A stretch of 64,000 nucleotides of DNA from Eledone cirrhosa (lineage: Eukaryota): positions 294,996,001 through 295,060,000 of the forward strand of contig OZ024741.1 in the NCBI GenBank assembly GCA_964016885.1. The letters run 5' to 3'. Made by a program: the position numbers and the translations under genes. This document shows positions 38,361 to 51,265 of this stretch, in pieces. The notes beneath the pieces were generated by a model, which was not told the origin of the DNA, ran no database searches, and saw nothing but the letters and a program-made list of their open reading frames with translations. How positions within the stretch are numbered: position 1 is the first letter of the stretch; each line of letters opens with the position of its first letter.

Positions 38361-41309
38361 GGCTCTTGCCCTCTGTATCTCTTCTTTATCTCCACTTCAA
38401 CTTTACTCCATCTTTTTTTCTTTTGACTGGTAGATGAAAAAAAAAACATTACCTGTGTAAGTGGTTTAAACGTAAGGTGAAAATACATATGGATACACAC
38501 ACATGTGCACATATGCACGTGTTCAAACATCTATGTTGCATGGCAGTGAGACTTGGGCCTTGAATGCAGAAGATTTGCAGTAGTGTAAATGAAATGAAAC
38601 TTGCATGCTACACTGGATATGTAATATTGGTGTATGTGAACAACAGAATATAGTTGAGCTAATGCTGAGTATGAGAAGAATTGGATATAGCATCCATGCA
38701 ACACTGGATATGTAATATTGGTGTATGTGAACAGGATGTCCATTGATTGATTTGAAGAAGTAGCAGAGGTCTCGGTTGTAATCCTTCTTCCAGAAACTAG
38801 AATAGAACATGTCAGGTTGTTTGGCATCATTGAGAAGATAACAGTCAGAGCCTGAAGCCCATTCCTCCATATTTCTAGTGTGTACAGCAGCAATGAGCTT
38901 GTGCCCATAGATTCAAATCTTATAGCAGCTCACGACATCACCATTATGGGTTTCCTGTACTAATATGACATCAATTACAAGATCTTTTGCTATTTTAGCC
39001 AGCTAGTCACATTTCACTCTCGACATACCTTCTGCATTGATCTGTAGGATACACATAGTTCTCCAGATATGTTGGGAAGGTTGATTGGGGTGATGACTCA
39101 TAAGAGTCATGATCAAAAGGATTTTGACAACAAAGCAAGTTGATTGTCCCAGTTGTACATATATTGAGCAATAGAATTAGTTGGAATGAATTCAGTACAG
39201 GATGGACCATGTGAAGTTTGCCATCTTCCACCCTTCACTCGCAACTGAACTCAATGTTTACTTTCTATTGCATTTGAGATTTATTTCTTTTCACTGAGGA
39301 TTACATTAGCACCACATCTTCTCCTTTTCTAAAAATTAAAACTTTCTTGTCTAAACTTTCATTATTAAGAAGCCACGAGATGAGTAGAACCTATCAGATG
39401 AACTTTGATTCCAAAAAGCTAATTGAATGTCTTCACATAATAAACCTTCATTTTAATTCAAATTTTGCCAAAGTGAGCTTTGCTTTTCATTCATTTAGAT
39501 GTCAATAAAATAAGTACAAGTCGAGGGTGGTGGATTAGCAGAATTGTTAGAGTGTCAGACAAGATTCCTTGTGTCATTTACTCTGGTTTTTTATGTTCTG
39601 AGTTAAAATTATGCTGTGGACTATTTGGATGCTAGACTTAATCTGCCACCCAGTTTAACACTATCATTTTGCCCTTGGCTACTTTTAACAATGTCCACCT
39701 TGTTGCAAGTCTTTGGGTCAGATTTGGGATTATCTTTCGCCCTCTCTATAATCTTAGAGGTTCAAAAAATGTCCTGGGCACTGTCCTTTCTTCCATTAAT
39801 AAATAATTAAAAAAAAAGGATTACTAATCAAAGTTACTCAGCAGAAGCACCTTCTCTTAACACCAACAACTCCTACTAATACAATAAAGTTGTTGATGTA
39901 TAAAGAATAAATATATTAGAACATGTCTTCTTTACATCTTTTATATTTTCTCTCAGTAAGATAAAGCATTGTTACTATATCCTATGTCCTTATTTTTCTA
40001 TAATCCCTCATAATCCATTACTATTTTTGTTCTTGTGATTATTATTATTGATATGTTGTCATTTTTGATGGGATTATAAAATAGGATAGTAATCACAATT
40101 TAAAATATTTGTTCTCCATACTGAAATTTATCAAAATTGTGTTAGCCTTGTTTCTTTGTTTTTTTTCTGAAGAAAATCATTTAATTTCCTTGTGATCTCC
40201 TTTGAATTTCTTTTTTAATGAATAAATGAATTTCACCAAAAGAGATTTATTAGCAGAAGCCACTTATGTAAAACAAACAAAAATAGTAAATAGGCTTTAC
40301 CTATCAAAATATTACAATAATCCATGATAGATTATAGATCTAGAGAGATTAATATATATTGTTCTCAGCAATGTTGTTGTTAGAAGCTTTCAGATCACTT
40401 TTAACATACACTTGTATTTATCAATGGATATTTGTTACAAAAGGAAACTTTGTTGTGGCTTTTAAAATCTTCATTTCTATCAAAAATTATTTAGAGGAAA
40501 TTTTTAAATAAAAAAAAAACATATGTATGTATGTATAAATATATATCCTCATCATGTTGTATCAGCTTAAATCTTAATTTTCTGCTGAAGTTGGTTGTTT
40601 TCATAACTCACCTTGGATTATATTGAGGAATATACTAAAGGATATTTTTCATACCATCAGCTAACAACACAAAAAAGCATTATTTATTTCCATTAATTCT
40701 CACCTATATATCATAATGCATGCCAACGTCCAGGCCCAAGTAGCAGCATCGACTAACAGTAAACTCGGTGGTAAGAGATATAATTGTTCATACTCTATAC
40801 ATCCATCATTCCACAATCAATATGAATATATATGTATAATATAAATTTCACGTCAATATTATCATTTATTATATGTTTACATAATTGTTAGTATTGTTTT
40901 TAATTAATTTTATCTTCAAGTGATTAGATCTGCTGACTATTAGAAATGCTAATTTATTCATTAACTTGATTTTCCTGTTTTAGCTGAATACTTGTGGATT
41001 AGTTCTTAACTATTCATTATAGTACATTGCACTCTTATTTTAATAGGTAATCAGTTTTTTTGTTATTAGTGTTTTGTAGTATTATTGTTACTGTTATTAT
41101 TATTAGAGTTTTGTCTTTGCTGTTGTTTGTTTGAGATGCCCCCAAGTCTTAACAATTAACCATAAGAGACTCATTATTATCATTATCATTATTGTTCATA
41201 ATGCTTTTGCTCTGGTAGATTTTATACCAAAAGAGCGAGCCATAGCCAATGTCCAAAGGTTCTTTGGGTCATTTCTTTGGACAGGGACTGTAGCTTTTGT
41301 AGGATTTCT

Positions 41310-41500
41310 ACATGAATGACCCTTAGAGTCTCCTCACCTTTGGGGAATTTGTTATGTTTGTTTTAAATGTTTATTTTCTTAGTCTCTTTTTATAAATTTT
41401 ATTTTACACAAAGAAAAACCTACACTGTATCATCCTTTATTGTCTTTAATGTTTCTTTAATGTAAGCCCTGTGTGGCTAATAAAGAAATTATTATTATCA
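41310..41500 (+). mobile_element. Tx1-like LINE 3'UTR fragment
   Basis: Reverse complement of 25660-25850. Confidence 0.65.
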
Positions 41501-42624
41501 TCATCATCATCATTATTATTATCAATAAAATAAAGTACCAGTAATGCACTGGGTGTTATTACTGGCCTTGTGTCAAAAGTAGAAACAATTATTATCATCA
41601 TCATCATCATATAAGGATGGTGGATTGACTGAATTGATTGAGCAACAAATGTTATGCAGTATTTGTTCCAGCTCTTTATGTTCTGAGTTCAAATACCAGC
41701 AAGGTGAACTCTACCTTTCATTTATTTTTAAAAGCAGGAAGCAGAACAGATGAGAAAAACACTCGGACTAAATATCTTGTAGTATGCCCTTTATGTTTTA
41801 TATAATTTGCTCTGCCCTCCTGAGTCAATTAAATGGGTGGCTTATTAGGGGTCAATTAAATCACCTTTTTGTTTCTTTTACAAATATTTGATCTTCTGCT
41901 GTTAGAAATCATTATCATCATCATCACTACCACCATCTTCAGTAGTTGCAACCACACTAACAACAAAAGCAAAAACAGGTAAACACAAACACAACAGTAA
42001 CTTCAGCAAAAATACAAAATCAAAAACAAGAAGAGTAGTGACAATAATATGTAGAACAATAGCAGTCACACTAACAGACTCACAGCAATCTCTGTTTCTG
42101 TTGTAACAAAAAAAAAACCCTAAAAAAAATTAAGTTGATTGAATATATACAACTCAGTTTACAGTAATGTGCCTGGCCTAGTGGTTAGATTGTTGGGCTC
42201 ACAATCATAAAATTGTGGGTTCAATTCTAGGGCTGAGTAACATGTTATGTTCTTGAACTTCATTTTACCTTGTTTTTCATAACAAGACTGGCCCCCTTTT
42301 CTTTAAAATACCTGATAAACCTCTAATAAAATGTAACCTTATCAGGGATGAACTAACCCTATATATCTGTGAGCTGTAACCATAAAATAGAAAGAAGTAA
42401 AGATTTGAGGAGCTCCTTCTAAAAATACCAGCAAATAAATTACTAGTGAAAACCTCATGCAAAAATCTATGTAATTCTACGAAAAATATTTCTAAGCAAT
42501 ATGGGAATTTTTTTTTTAACTAGCAGCCAAGCAACGTTTTTTTCATCATCAAGAAAACCAAATTATCTTCTTTTTTTTTCTTTTGAGACCAAGCTAAATG
42601 ACCTCACTCATTTTTCTCTGCCCA

Positions 42625-42790
42625 GCATAGCAATACTAATGGTTAATTTTTTAAATGCACATGGTCTAGGATTGGTCTGGAAACAGGGTAACTTCCTAAA
42701 TGACTTTAGGTCCCTGGATTTGGATGCAGTCATCATCAGTAAGATTAAAATTCCCTATATTCACTACCTTGAAAATTGCTTCCTTTCAAC
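42625..42790 (+). mobile_element. Tx1/L1-like AP endonuclease N-terminal remnant
   Basis: VNFLNAHGL...KQGNFLNDFRSLDLDAVIISKIK resembles the N.RGL...DV..IQET start of APE domains. Confidence 0.4.
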
Positions 42791-43138
42791 GTGCACATAG
42801 TCTTGTAGATGCAAATTAAGCCTGTTTTTTTCTGTTAGTTCTGGAGGAAGGGGCTGTGCATATGACATTTGCAGACCCTCATAGACTAATGAGACTGTTG
42901 ATGTTCAGTTTCAATTGTTGCAGGGTCCAAAAGCAATCTATTTCTACCTTATAAAATTTTCTCCAGAGATGCTAGAGGCTCTAAAGTTAAAAATGCACCA
43001 CATTAACTATCCCACAGTATAAAGCTTGTACTTTAGTTCATAGATGAAATTATAAATTTGGATTACGATAATCCTGTTAATGGATATAATGGGTACTTTG
43101 TTAATCATAGATCTTTTATGTCTGACTTTATCAAATAT

Positions 43139-43141
<3 letters not shown>

Positions 43142-43226
<85 letters not shown>
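43142..43226. repeat. (TC)n microsatellite
   Basis: Direct reading. Confidence 0.95.
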
Positions 43227-43234
<8 letters not shown>

Positions 43235-43409
43235 TATGTGTAAAGAGAGAGATATAGATATATGATTGCTGCAACTTGATTTTAAGTAACGTTATTGGTT
43301 GATACTTAAGCATGAGCAACAAGGACATGGCTTTTCAGTACTGCTAGGGACTTGCCTAAAGCCAGCCATGCTAGGCAATGCAAAAGATGTCACATATCAA
43401 GCAATGCTT

Positions 43410-43595
43410 GTGCTTGAAGCTTTTTTAAGTGGGGAAAGGTTTTGCACAGAACCAATCCCACTCTCTGAACATCAAATGCATTTACCCAAAAAGTAGAACT
43501 AGTCTACATCATCAGATGCAAATGAAAGTTGCAGGTTATATATCAGAGTGACCTTCTCCTAGAGAGATGTCTTACTAAAGACTAGGGGTCTCTCA
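43410..43595 (+). repeat. Unclassified repeat, three local copies (also ~43870-44008 and ~45505-45700)
   Basis: Shared cca.tcccactctct...aaaaag.agaa...catcat...tcagag...ccttctcctaga. Confidence 0.65.
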
Positions 43596-44012
43596 CTCCA
43601 CTGCCTTCCTCAAACAAAAGGTGTATATATATATGGTGGCTGCCAACTCGTTTTCGAGTACGGCCACTACTTTATATCCATGTAGGAGAACTCCTACCGA
43701 TGCGCTGAACGAGTGTGACTTTTTATCCAGCCAGCGACTTGAAAACTCTGGTACGAACACTACACTTGTGACAATTATTGACACATAGTGCTGGGCCCAT
43801 GATACCATGTGACGACAAGTGCAGAGAGATCTCCAGATATAAAGCAATGCCTGTGCCATACCTGTGCCGTGAAGCTTTTATAGTGAGCAAAGGCACTGCA
43901 CAAAGCCAGTCCCACTCTCTTAACCAAGATGATATTTACCAAAAAGAAGAACAAGTCAACATCATTGTGTTATATCAGAGTTTTCCTTCTCCTAGAATTC
44001 TGCCTTGACAAA

Positions 44013-44400
44013 GTATGTATATATATACATACATACATACATATATATATATATATACATACATACATACATATATATGTATATATATACATACATACAT
44101 ACATATATATGTATATATATATACATACATACATATATATGTATATATATATACATACATACATATATATGTATATATATATACATACATACATATATAT
44201 GTATATATATATACATACATACATATATATGTATATATATATATATATATACATACATACATATATATGTATATATATATATACATACATACAAAGTATG
44301 TATATATATATATACATACATACAAAGTATGTATATATATATACATACATACATACACATGTATGTGTGTGTGTATATATATATATATATAAGCATACAT
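44013..44400. repeat. (TA)/(TACA) minisatellite
   Basis: ~30-nt unit acatatatatgtatatatatatacatacat. Confidence 0.95.
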
Positions 44401-44624
44401 ATCTGTGTGTGTATTTTGTTGGCCCTTGGTCAGTTCCAGTGATGAATGTTCCAGCAATCTGTACAACAGCCAGTTTGTGAAATAAAGTATTTTGTTCAAG
44501 GATTCAACATGCTGCTGGGAATTGAACTCATGACCTTATGATTGGGAGCCGAAGACCCTAAACACTAAGCCATGTGCCTTCCTGTGTGTGTGTGTGTGTG
44601 TTTATATATATAGGAAAAGTGTCA

Positions 44625-44724
44625 GGACCCCGACGGCTTAGCTCCGGCTGTTTCGGCTGCTAGATGTAAACTAAGCCACCAGTATTAGAACGGCGGGAAT
44701 CTAGCTGAACTTATCAAGGGGTTC
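44625..44724 (-). ncRNA. Type I hammerhead ribozyme, U3-A8 core variant
   Basis: Minus strand: gaacccc TTGATAA gttcagctagat...atctagcagcc GAAA cagc-cggagctaa-gccGTC ggggtcc. Confidence 0.6.
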
Positions 44725-45213
44725 AGTCCATATATGGGCATGCAGTTAAAACAAAAAGAAGCAGAAATATCTAAGCAAAAAATCCTAAAAATTATTTTTC
44801 TTGTCTGTCACAGGGAGTGGTCAATAATCTGGGATCTATGGAGTTAAATTCCTTCATAGTGGGGGGGGGGGGGCCTGAACAGGCCTGAAGAACAAAGGGG
44901 AGGGAGTAAGAAGACAGTCTGACCTGTGGATGCCAACCAGTCAGGCTTGCATGCACAGCATTAAGAGAGGAATCTATTTAGAAATGGTAAACTACAATTC
45001 AAAGAGATAAGAATATATTTTCAGAATCAAAGAAGGTAGTTAGAAAGTTTAACTTAAGTTTGCCTAATCTAACACTTGGCTAAAGAGCAAAGCATCTATA
45101 TGTTAATACTAATTCAGTTCCTGATAAAGAAATCTAGTTATCAATTACTCTGATACACAGGAAGGGCACCTCAATACACTAATTTATTTGTATTTTCTTT
45201 TATAATCAGACAC

Positions 45214-45256
<43 letters not shown>

Positions 45257-45288
45257 CATTGCATGATATAACATTATTAATAACTATT

Positions 45289-45473
45289 CGGTGGATTGGC
45301 AGTATCGGTAGAGGGTCGGACGCCATGCTTTCCAGCATAGTTACGTCCCTTTACGATCTGAGTTCAAATCCCGCCGAGGTTGACTTTGCCTTTCATCCTT
45401 ACGGGGTCGATAAAATAAGGTACCAGTAATGCACTGGGTAATTGCTAGCCTTGTGCCTAAAGTAGAAACAATT
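45289..45473 (+). mobile_element. SINE family 1
   Basis: ggtggattggcagtatcggtagag head, B box, central domain, tail. Confidence 0.88.
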
Positions 45474-46412
45474 AATTAATGCTATCATGAAATGCCTGTG
45501 CATGAAGATTTTTTTTAAAGTGAGGAAAGACTGTGCACTTAGCCAATCCCACTCTCTGAGCAACACTAGCTATAACCCGAAAAGAAGAAAAGATCAACAT
45601 CATCAGTAATTACAGAGCCATAGGTTTTATGTCAGAGCTATCCCAGTTTCCTGAGTTGCCTTCTCCTAGAAGAATGCTCTGACAAAGGCTAGGGGTCCTG
45701 CATTCCCAGTGGTTTAACTGCACAATCAGGTATTCAGCCCAATTATTTCTGTCTCCACGCATATATACACATATGTATACATGTATATACATATTTACAC
45801 ATTTTTGGATAGCCGTTGACTCATGAGTTCTTTCACCCCTTGTCAGGTTTTGGGCATATATATATATATACCTATATACATACATACAGTAGTAATAGGC
45901 AGGTAAAAATATCCAAGATATTGAGCAACTCAAGTCTGTTGGGAAAGTTTGAATATAATTATTAAGGTCAGTTACTACAATGGTTCCATACCAGGTATGT
46001 ACGTTTCATGAGCCCTGAGGACCAACTTGTTCAACCTGTGCTAATGAAAATGAACTGGAAAATGTATGTATATATACATATATATAAACTCAGGTGTCAG
46101 TTGACACCTACTTTTGTGCTAGATTTACTTGGGAAATGGTGGTAATTTGATATCTTCCTCCCTAACTTTTTCTCTCTCCTTCACAATGTTGAGAAAATGA
46201 TCAGCTTTGGGAATGACAGCCACCTATAGCTACTAATCTATGTATGCCTGTCTTCCAACAACGAAAACATTCATCTGTGTATCGATCAACCTACCTGTCT
46301 GTCTATCTGACTCTCCCTTTCCCTCTCTTACACACATATATATCACCATCATCATCATTTTTTTTAATGTCCATTTTCCTTGCTAGCAAGGGTTATATAT
46401 ATATATATATGG

Positions 46413-46635
46413 TGAAGGCGCGTTGCTTAGTGGTTAGGGAATTGGATTTGCAATCATGAGGTTGCAAGTTTGATTCCTGGACCAGTCGATACATTATTTC
46501 ATATTGTTCATTCTGCCAGGAGTTGTGACTGGTAGATAGTATTATCAATGAAAATATTAATGGAAACATTGTTTCCTTGGTCTGATTTGACAATTTCCAC
46601 CCACTCGGTCAGTGAATGAGGTCTGAGATCTTGTT
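46413..46635 (+). mobile_element. tRNA-derived SINE family 2
   Basis: ggcgcgttgcttagtggttaggg (A box) ... gtttgattcctggacc (B box). Confidence 0.7.
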
Positions 46636-47453
46636 AACTGTTTTAATTTTTTTTTTTTTTTTACGGTATGCATTTCATTTAATGTGTATATTAAATATAA
46701 ATCTCTTACATTCAGGAGATGAGGAGATGGCGTTATTGTCTGCTTAAGAAAAAAGCAAAATACTCCTAGCAGTGGAGTAAACAAAATTTTGAGAAACTTG
46801 AAACTTTATAAGATGGATAAAATGGTAAAAAAGTCATTACATAGTGGATTTGTGAAACAAAATCTATACTCTAAATAATACTTTAAACATTTTAAATATA
46901 AGAATATTAAAACTGCATAAATATTTTCTCTACTTATGAGAATTTTAAAACAGCACTATAGTATGTTCATTATCTCAGCTTATAAATGGGGTTTGGATTT
47001 TTGTCCATTTCTTAGGGGGTGACCCTGGATTAGATTTGTGTTTGTACACTAGTAAAGGATATCTTGTTTGATTCACTGTGTAGAAATATTTACCCATCAT
47101 ATATATATACTCTGTGTGCATGCATCAGTGTGTGCACATTACCAACATGCTCTCGTGTGTGGGCATGGTTTCTGATCTCTGAGTAGCCTCACAACTCACA
47201 CAGTAGACATATGCACAACATGTGCACACATACACTGATGGGCATATGAATGTTTCCATCCATCTAAGCATGCACTCAAAACACACAATAGACACATGCA
47301 CAATATGTGCACACACACACTCATGTGCATATGCAAATTTCCATCCATTTAAACATGCACTCACAGCACACACGCAAGACAGATGCATGCTCATGTGCAC
47401 ACACACAACATACACAATAGACATATGCACAACATGTGCAGACACACACACAG

Positions 47454-47485
<32 letters not shown>

Positions 47486-48198
47486 CAGACACAAACATAG
47501 TAGACACATGCACATCAGACATACACACACATGTACACACACAACAGACACACATGAACACAACAACACATATACTGTAGCACACGACTACCTTACCTGT
47601 TGACTTACACATATATGTATGTGTAATTTAGTAATTCGAGCTAGTTGTAGTTCTATGTACTCTTAAGTTTTCAGGTGAACTCGTCATAGAGAAATCCCCT
47701 GAAACAGAATATTTTTACCATTTTATCATATTCCATTTGGCTCTTTTGCTACTTAGTTTCTTAAATCTCATTAGATTTAATCTTATCATCTTTCTATACA
47801 ATTTTTCATCTTAAAAATTGCATATTTTGTAATCATTGTAGTGTTTCAATTTTTTTTTTCCTTATACAAAATTCGATTAATATTTTTAGTGATATCATAT
47901 TTGGTAGTTTAAAAGAATTACACTTCTGTTTCATGGTTCTGTTTCCTTGTAAATCTAACTGATAGCATAGGAGTAGTAAGCAGTTCCCTTTCATTAATAG
48001 CTACCAGTTCAATCATATCTCTATCAATCTATCTCTTAAATATCCATCAATCCAAAGCCAACCTACTGTAGCGTCATAAAAAGCATAATTAAACCCTATT
48101 GAGCTCTGCCGTCGGGGCATACATTTTCCTATTACCCACTCTACTACCCTAAGTATTGAGTACTCTGGTCCATCTGGTTCCTTACCACAACTCCTTCG

Positions 48199-48248
<50 letters not shown>

Positions 48249-48310
48249 CATATATATTATATATATATAATATACATATATATATATATAATGCATATAT
48301 ATATATATAT

Positions 48311-49300
48311 CATCATCATCATCATCAACGTTTAACGTCCGTGTTCCACGCTTGCATGGGTTTGGACGGGGGTTTTCCCACTTGAGGCAAGAGTGATTAT
48401 CTTGCTCGCATAGGACTATCTGGCGGGTTTTCTACAGCTGGATGCCCTTCCTAACACCAACCACATTTACAGTGTGGGGCTGGGAGGTTTTTACCGTGTT
48501 GCCTACACGGCCACATTACAGCGTGAACTGTGTGTTTTTTTGACGTGACACCTACACGATCTCATTTGTTTCGGCCTGGATGTTGTGGCACCAACATAAC
48601 TTTACATTGAAAGGGGCGGTGTGGATGGGGTGGGGGTGGTGGGACGGGGGTGTATTTTGTTAGAGATGCCTACTGACTGTAGTAGGTTTTACTTTGTATT
48701 TAGGTAAGGCGGGTTTTCTCTATTACTGAGTACCGCCAAAGGTCTCGGTCCAGTGACATTGTCTTGGTGAGGTGTAAGTGTGTGAGGTCGGAATTTATTA
48801 GCTCGTCCCAGGTTTTTCTGGGTCTGCCTATTCCGTGGCTACCGTCTATCTTTATTGCCCTGCACTTTGTTATACAGCTATCGTCCTTCATGCGCATCAC
48901 GTGACCATAGCAACGTAGCCTTCTCTCGAGTAAACAACATCTGATCCCTCTTATTTCTAATTTTTTCCTTAGTTCGTTTATGCTTTGCCGTTCACATATA
49001 TTACTATTACACATCCAGCGGAGCATGCAAGCTTCGTTTCTCTCTAGTCTGCGTATATCCTCTGCACACAATGCCCAGGTCTCACTGCCATGTAACATTG
49101 CTGTTCGTATGCAGGCATCGTACAACCTGCCTTTCATTTTTAGGGAGAACCCTTTAGCGGCTAATAGTGGTATAAGCTCTCTGAACTTTTTCCATCCAGT
49201 TCTGACTCTAGCTACTGTACTTTCAGAGCACCCTCCACCACTGCTGATTTTGTCACCCAGGTAACGGAAGCTGTCCACTATTTCTATAGAACCCTCTGCA
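48311..49300 (-). mobile_element. RTE subfamily B, 5'-truncated
   Basis: VDSFRYLG...MLHGSETW...GRPRKTW; (GAT)n tail; both ends in a TA-rich array. Confidence 0.93.
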
Positions 49301-49374
49301 TATATAATATATGTATATATATGTATATATATATATATGTATATTATATATACATATCTTATATATATATGCAT

Positions 49375-49412
<38 letters not shown>

Positions 49413-49857
49413 ATAATATACATATATATATATATAAATCATATAGAACTAATTCATATATATATAATATATGTATATATATAATATACATATATATATA
49501 TAATGCATATATATATATATGTATATATAATATACATATATATATATAATGCATATATATATATGTATATATAATATACATATATATAATGCACATATAT
49601 ATAATATATGTATATATAATATACATATATATATAATGCACATATATATAATATATGTATATATAATATATGTATATATAATATACATATATATATAATG
49701 CACATATATTTAATATATGTATATATAATATACATATATATATATAATGCACATATATATAATATATGTATATATAATATACATATATATATATAATGCA
49801 CATATATATAATATATGTATATATAATATACATATACATATGCACATATATATAATA
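49301..49857. repeat. TA-rich minisatellite (unit ~ tatataatatatgtatatataatatacatatatataatgcac)
   Basis: Related unit at 48240-48310, 51185-51265 and 54635-54805. Confidence 0.9.
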
Positions 49858-51184
49858 TCATCATCATCATCATCATCATCAACGTTTAACGTCCGTGTAC
49901 CACGCTTGCATGGGTTTGGACGGGGGTAGTCCCACTTGAGGCAAGAGTGATTGTCTTGCTCGCATAGGACTGTCTGGCAGGTTTTCTACAGTTGGATGCC
50001 CTTCCTAACACCAACCACATTTACAGTGTGGGGCTGGGAGGTTTTTACCGTGTTGCCTACACGGCCACATTACAGCGTGGACTGTGTATTTTTTTGTCGT
50101 GACACCTACACAATCTCATTTGTTTCGGCCTGGATGGCGCGGCACCAACATAACTTTACATAGAACGGGGTGGTGTGGATGGGGTGGGGGTGGTGGCGGG
50201 ACGGGGTGTATTTTGTTAGAGATGCCTACTTGCAAGGCGGGTCTTCTCTGTTACTGAGTACCGCCAAAGGTCTCGGTCCAGTGACATTGTCTTGGAGAGG
50301 TGTAAGTGTGTGAGGTCGGAGTTTATCAGCTCATCCCATGTTTTTCTAGGTCTGCCTATTCCGTGGCTACCGTCTATCTTTATTGCCCTGCACTTTGTTA
50401 TACAGCTATCGACTTTCATGCGCATCACGTGTCCATACCAACGCAGCCTTCTCTCGAGTAAACAACATCTGATCCCTCTTATCTCTAATTTTTTCCTTAG
50501 TTCGTTTATGCTTTGCCGTTCACGTATATTACTGTTACACATCCAGCGGAGCATGCAAGCTTCGTTCCTCTCTAGTCTGCGTATATCCTCTGCACACAAT
50601 GCCCAGGTCTCACTACCATGCAACATTGCTGTTCGTATGCAGGCATCGTACAACCTGCCTTTCATTTTTAGGGAGAACCCTTTGGCAGCTAATAGTGGTA
50701 TAAGCTCTCTGAACTTTTTCCAACCAGTTCTGACTCTAGCTACAGTACTTTCAGAGCACCCTCCCCCACTGCTGATTTTATCGCCCAGGTAACGGAAGCT
50801 GTCCACTATTTCTATAGAACCCTCTGCGCAATTGAAAGAGCTAGTATTTTGTGGGCACTTGCTGCTACTTATTGCACCAGAACACCGGCCACATGTAAAA
50901 TCTATGTTCTTAGTTAGCTTACCTGTGATCCCACTACATCTTTTATGCACCCATACTTTGCATTTAGGACATAAAATGGAGTTTCTACCTACGCCTTTCC
51001 TACACACCGAGCACGACCATTTCCCAGAAGGGACCGCCACCTTGTTTTCTTTCCTACAAACTAGAACTTTGGTCTTAGCCAGGTTAATTTTAAGTCCTTT
51101 TGACTCTAGGCCGTGCTTCCATGTTTGGAATTTCTTCTCTAGCTCGGCCATTGATTCCGCTATGAGTGTCAGGTCGTCTGCGTA
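49858..51184 (-). mobile_element. RTE subfamily B, 5'-truncated at YADD
   Basis: ORF 50216-51151 with Cys/His finger and RLRWYGHV; (GAT)n tail. Confidence 0.94.
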
Positions 51185-51265
51185 TATGTATATATAATAT
51201 ACATATATATATATAATTCACATATATATAATATATGTATATATAATATACATATATATATAATG

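Noticed and set aside
45289-45375. tRNA gene calls at SINE heads
   Set aside because: A/B boxes are present but there is no cloverleaf, and they continue into SINE bodies
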